Positions 62,101 through 64,000 of a stretch of DNA of 64,000 nucleotides are shown here, in pieces. Positions within the stretch are counted from its first letter, which is position 1, and every line of letters begins with the position of its first letter. Where the stretch lies: assembly GCA_965113315.1 (NCBI GenBank), contig OZ220371.1; one strand, 5' to 3'. A program made the position numbers and the translations under genes. The notes under the pieces are model-generated. The model was given only the letters and a program-made list of their open reading frames with translations. It made no database searches and was not told where the DNA came from. This DNA is from Podarcis vaucheri (lineage: Eukaryota).

Positions 62101-64000
62101 AAGGCAGAATAGATAATTTTCAGATTGGGACCTAAAATTACAAGGTTTTTGTAATTTAGCAGAGTTCATACACATTTTAATTTTCATAATTCTTAAACAC
62201 ATCTATGACATTTTACTTTTTTAATACAGCAGTAGAGCAATTTTATGCATGGGGATGGCTACAATTTTCAAGGTAAATGAATAGCTTTCTGTGTTTGGTT
62301 TGGTTTGGTTCTCTAACCTGTTTGTGAGGTTTGTCGTGTTAACAGGTATATTGAGGATCTTAACATTTGGTGTGCAGAACAGAAACCTTCTGTTACTTGA
62401 TTGTGAGGAATCTGTTTGCTTTAAGAGAACTCTACTATGTCAAGTGTGTTTGATATACAGTACTGAAAGAGACCTTTTCCTCAGTAACTCTTTGAAGTTG
62501 GAGGTTTCAGTTATGTTTTCCATTCATACTGTCTGCTTGAGAGTGGCAAGTTTGAAAGGATTTTAGTTTTTTTATTGAGTTATGGTGTTAACAGGCAATG
62601 ACCTAAAGGCTGGCAAAAATTGAAAAAATATTTAAATGTTAAGTATAATCTTAATATTGGCAGTTACCAGTTTTTAAGAAGCCAGGTTTTAAAAGTTAGA
62701 GATGCTGTAGAGGATATCACCGCAGAGACATACTCTCCCCTTTTTGATTCTGAAACTAATGACTTGCTTTTGTCTTATAAAACCTGATTTATTTTATGTT
62801 TTCTTCATAGCAGGCATTATCATAAATGTTTTCTTATAATTGAGATTAATGTGGCTGAGCAAAAGGAGTGGTTTGGAGGGCTGTATTCATTTTGAGTGTT
62901 GTTCTAATCAGTTTTGGATACAGCATTTCACAATATATCAGTCTGCATCCAAACCTGCCTTATTATGTAGAATTAACTTGTTGGTGATTGATAGTAAGAC
63001 TGCTCCATCTTGAGAAGTCATTTGTTTAAAAACAAGTGTTAGGGTTTCTAAGATTTTCAGACCACTGGGTCATGCAACTTTGACCTTATTGTGGCCTGAA
63101 TGAAGCTTGAGAGAAAAACTGAAGAGGAAACAAGTTTCTTTTTTTGGGAGGGGGGACAATACAGGTGTTTAAGTCACTAATTAGAGACAGATTTGTACAC
63201 TTCATCAAACCAAAGCATGACAGATATAAGAAACAATTTGTGATAATACTATTTTTTCTCTGCACTTCCATTTATTTTCAAAAATATTTTGAAATATGAT
63301 GTTTTAAAAGAATCTTATATCAGTTTGTCACCTGGCTATCTGTTGCATGCTAATAGTAATTACTCTGGGGATGAAAGGTAATACACAGGGAAGTTGTTGT
63401 TTATCTTTTTCTACCGCTTTTAAAAACTGTTTAGTGGCTTCTCTAATTCCTGCTGTGAAATTTGCATATTTTCTCCTCTGTCTATATTCCTATCAGCTCT
63501 GTCAGCATTTAGTTCCAGACAAAAAGTAAATATTCACATTTTACAGTGGGGTTGATACACATATACAGTTCACTAAAATTATTCTCTGGCAGAAAAGACT
63601 GAAATCTATAAGCATTTTAAAATAAAGCAGAGAAGTAAAATATGATCCCAAGTAAAACAAATAGGGCACTTTTAACACACGTCAACTTAGGTCATTTCAG
63701 TAATATGAGATCTTGTTTATGTGGCATTACTTATATTTTATATTAAATATGTTGTTGCATGATTTATAGTTTGAAGAATGCCATTTTCAGGCTATATTCC
63801 GTTCTTGAGTGATGGGGGGAGGGATAAATTTCAGGAGTGCAGTTCCATTCAATTAGAAAACCACAAAAATGTCCCAATTGTGAAATGTCCCCTAAACTAC
63901 TTTGCTTAATATTTGACACCTTTGTGGCGTAGAGGTGGTATGTTTCATAAATCTGTGGCACTGCTTTGTCTTCGCAGATTCTGTTTATATTATATATTAG

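Overview
Vertebrate nuclear DNA from a squamate, most likely a lacertid-type lizard, judged from Sauria SINEs, a lizard BovB 3' end, L2 and Squam3-like relics. About 55 kb is AT-rich, repeat-littered non-coding sequence with one assembly gap (50456-50787). It leads into a CpG island/promoter (~56.1-59.9 kb) with a + strand, apparently non-coding exon ending at a strong donor (TGG|GTAAGT, 59198/59199), followed by intronic sequence. I cannot identify the gene. No intact protein-coding gene is present, and the ORF track is spurious except for a BovB C-terminal fragment. The most interesting signal is a ~680-bp non-coding RTE-derived retroelement present in three copies. Its 5' end folds into an HDV-like double-pseudoknot ribozyme: the predicted cleavage site is exactly the TSD-defined 5' end of the full-length copy, and an unusual hairpin is inserted in L3. 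One copy has a twin-priming-type 5' inversion. Other items are a composite double-left-end hAT MITE, a duplicated module upstream of the promoter, a hydrophobic uORF and motif-dense enhancer candidates. Family names come from recalled consensus features, not from database searches.
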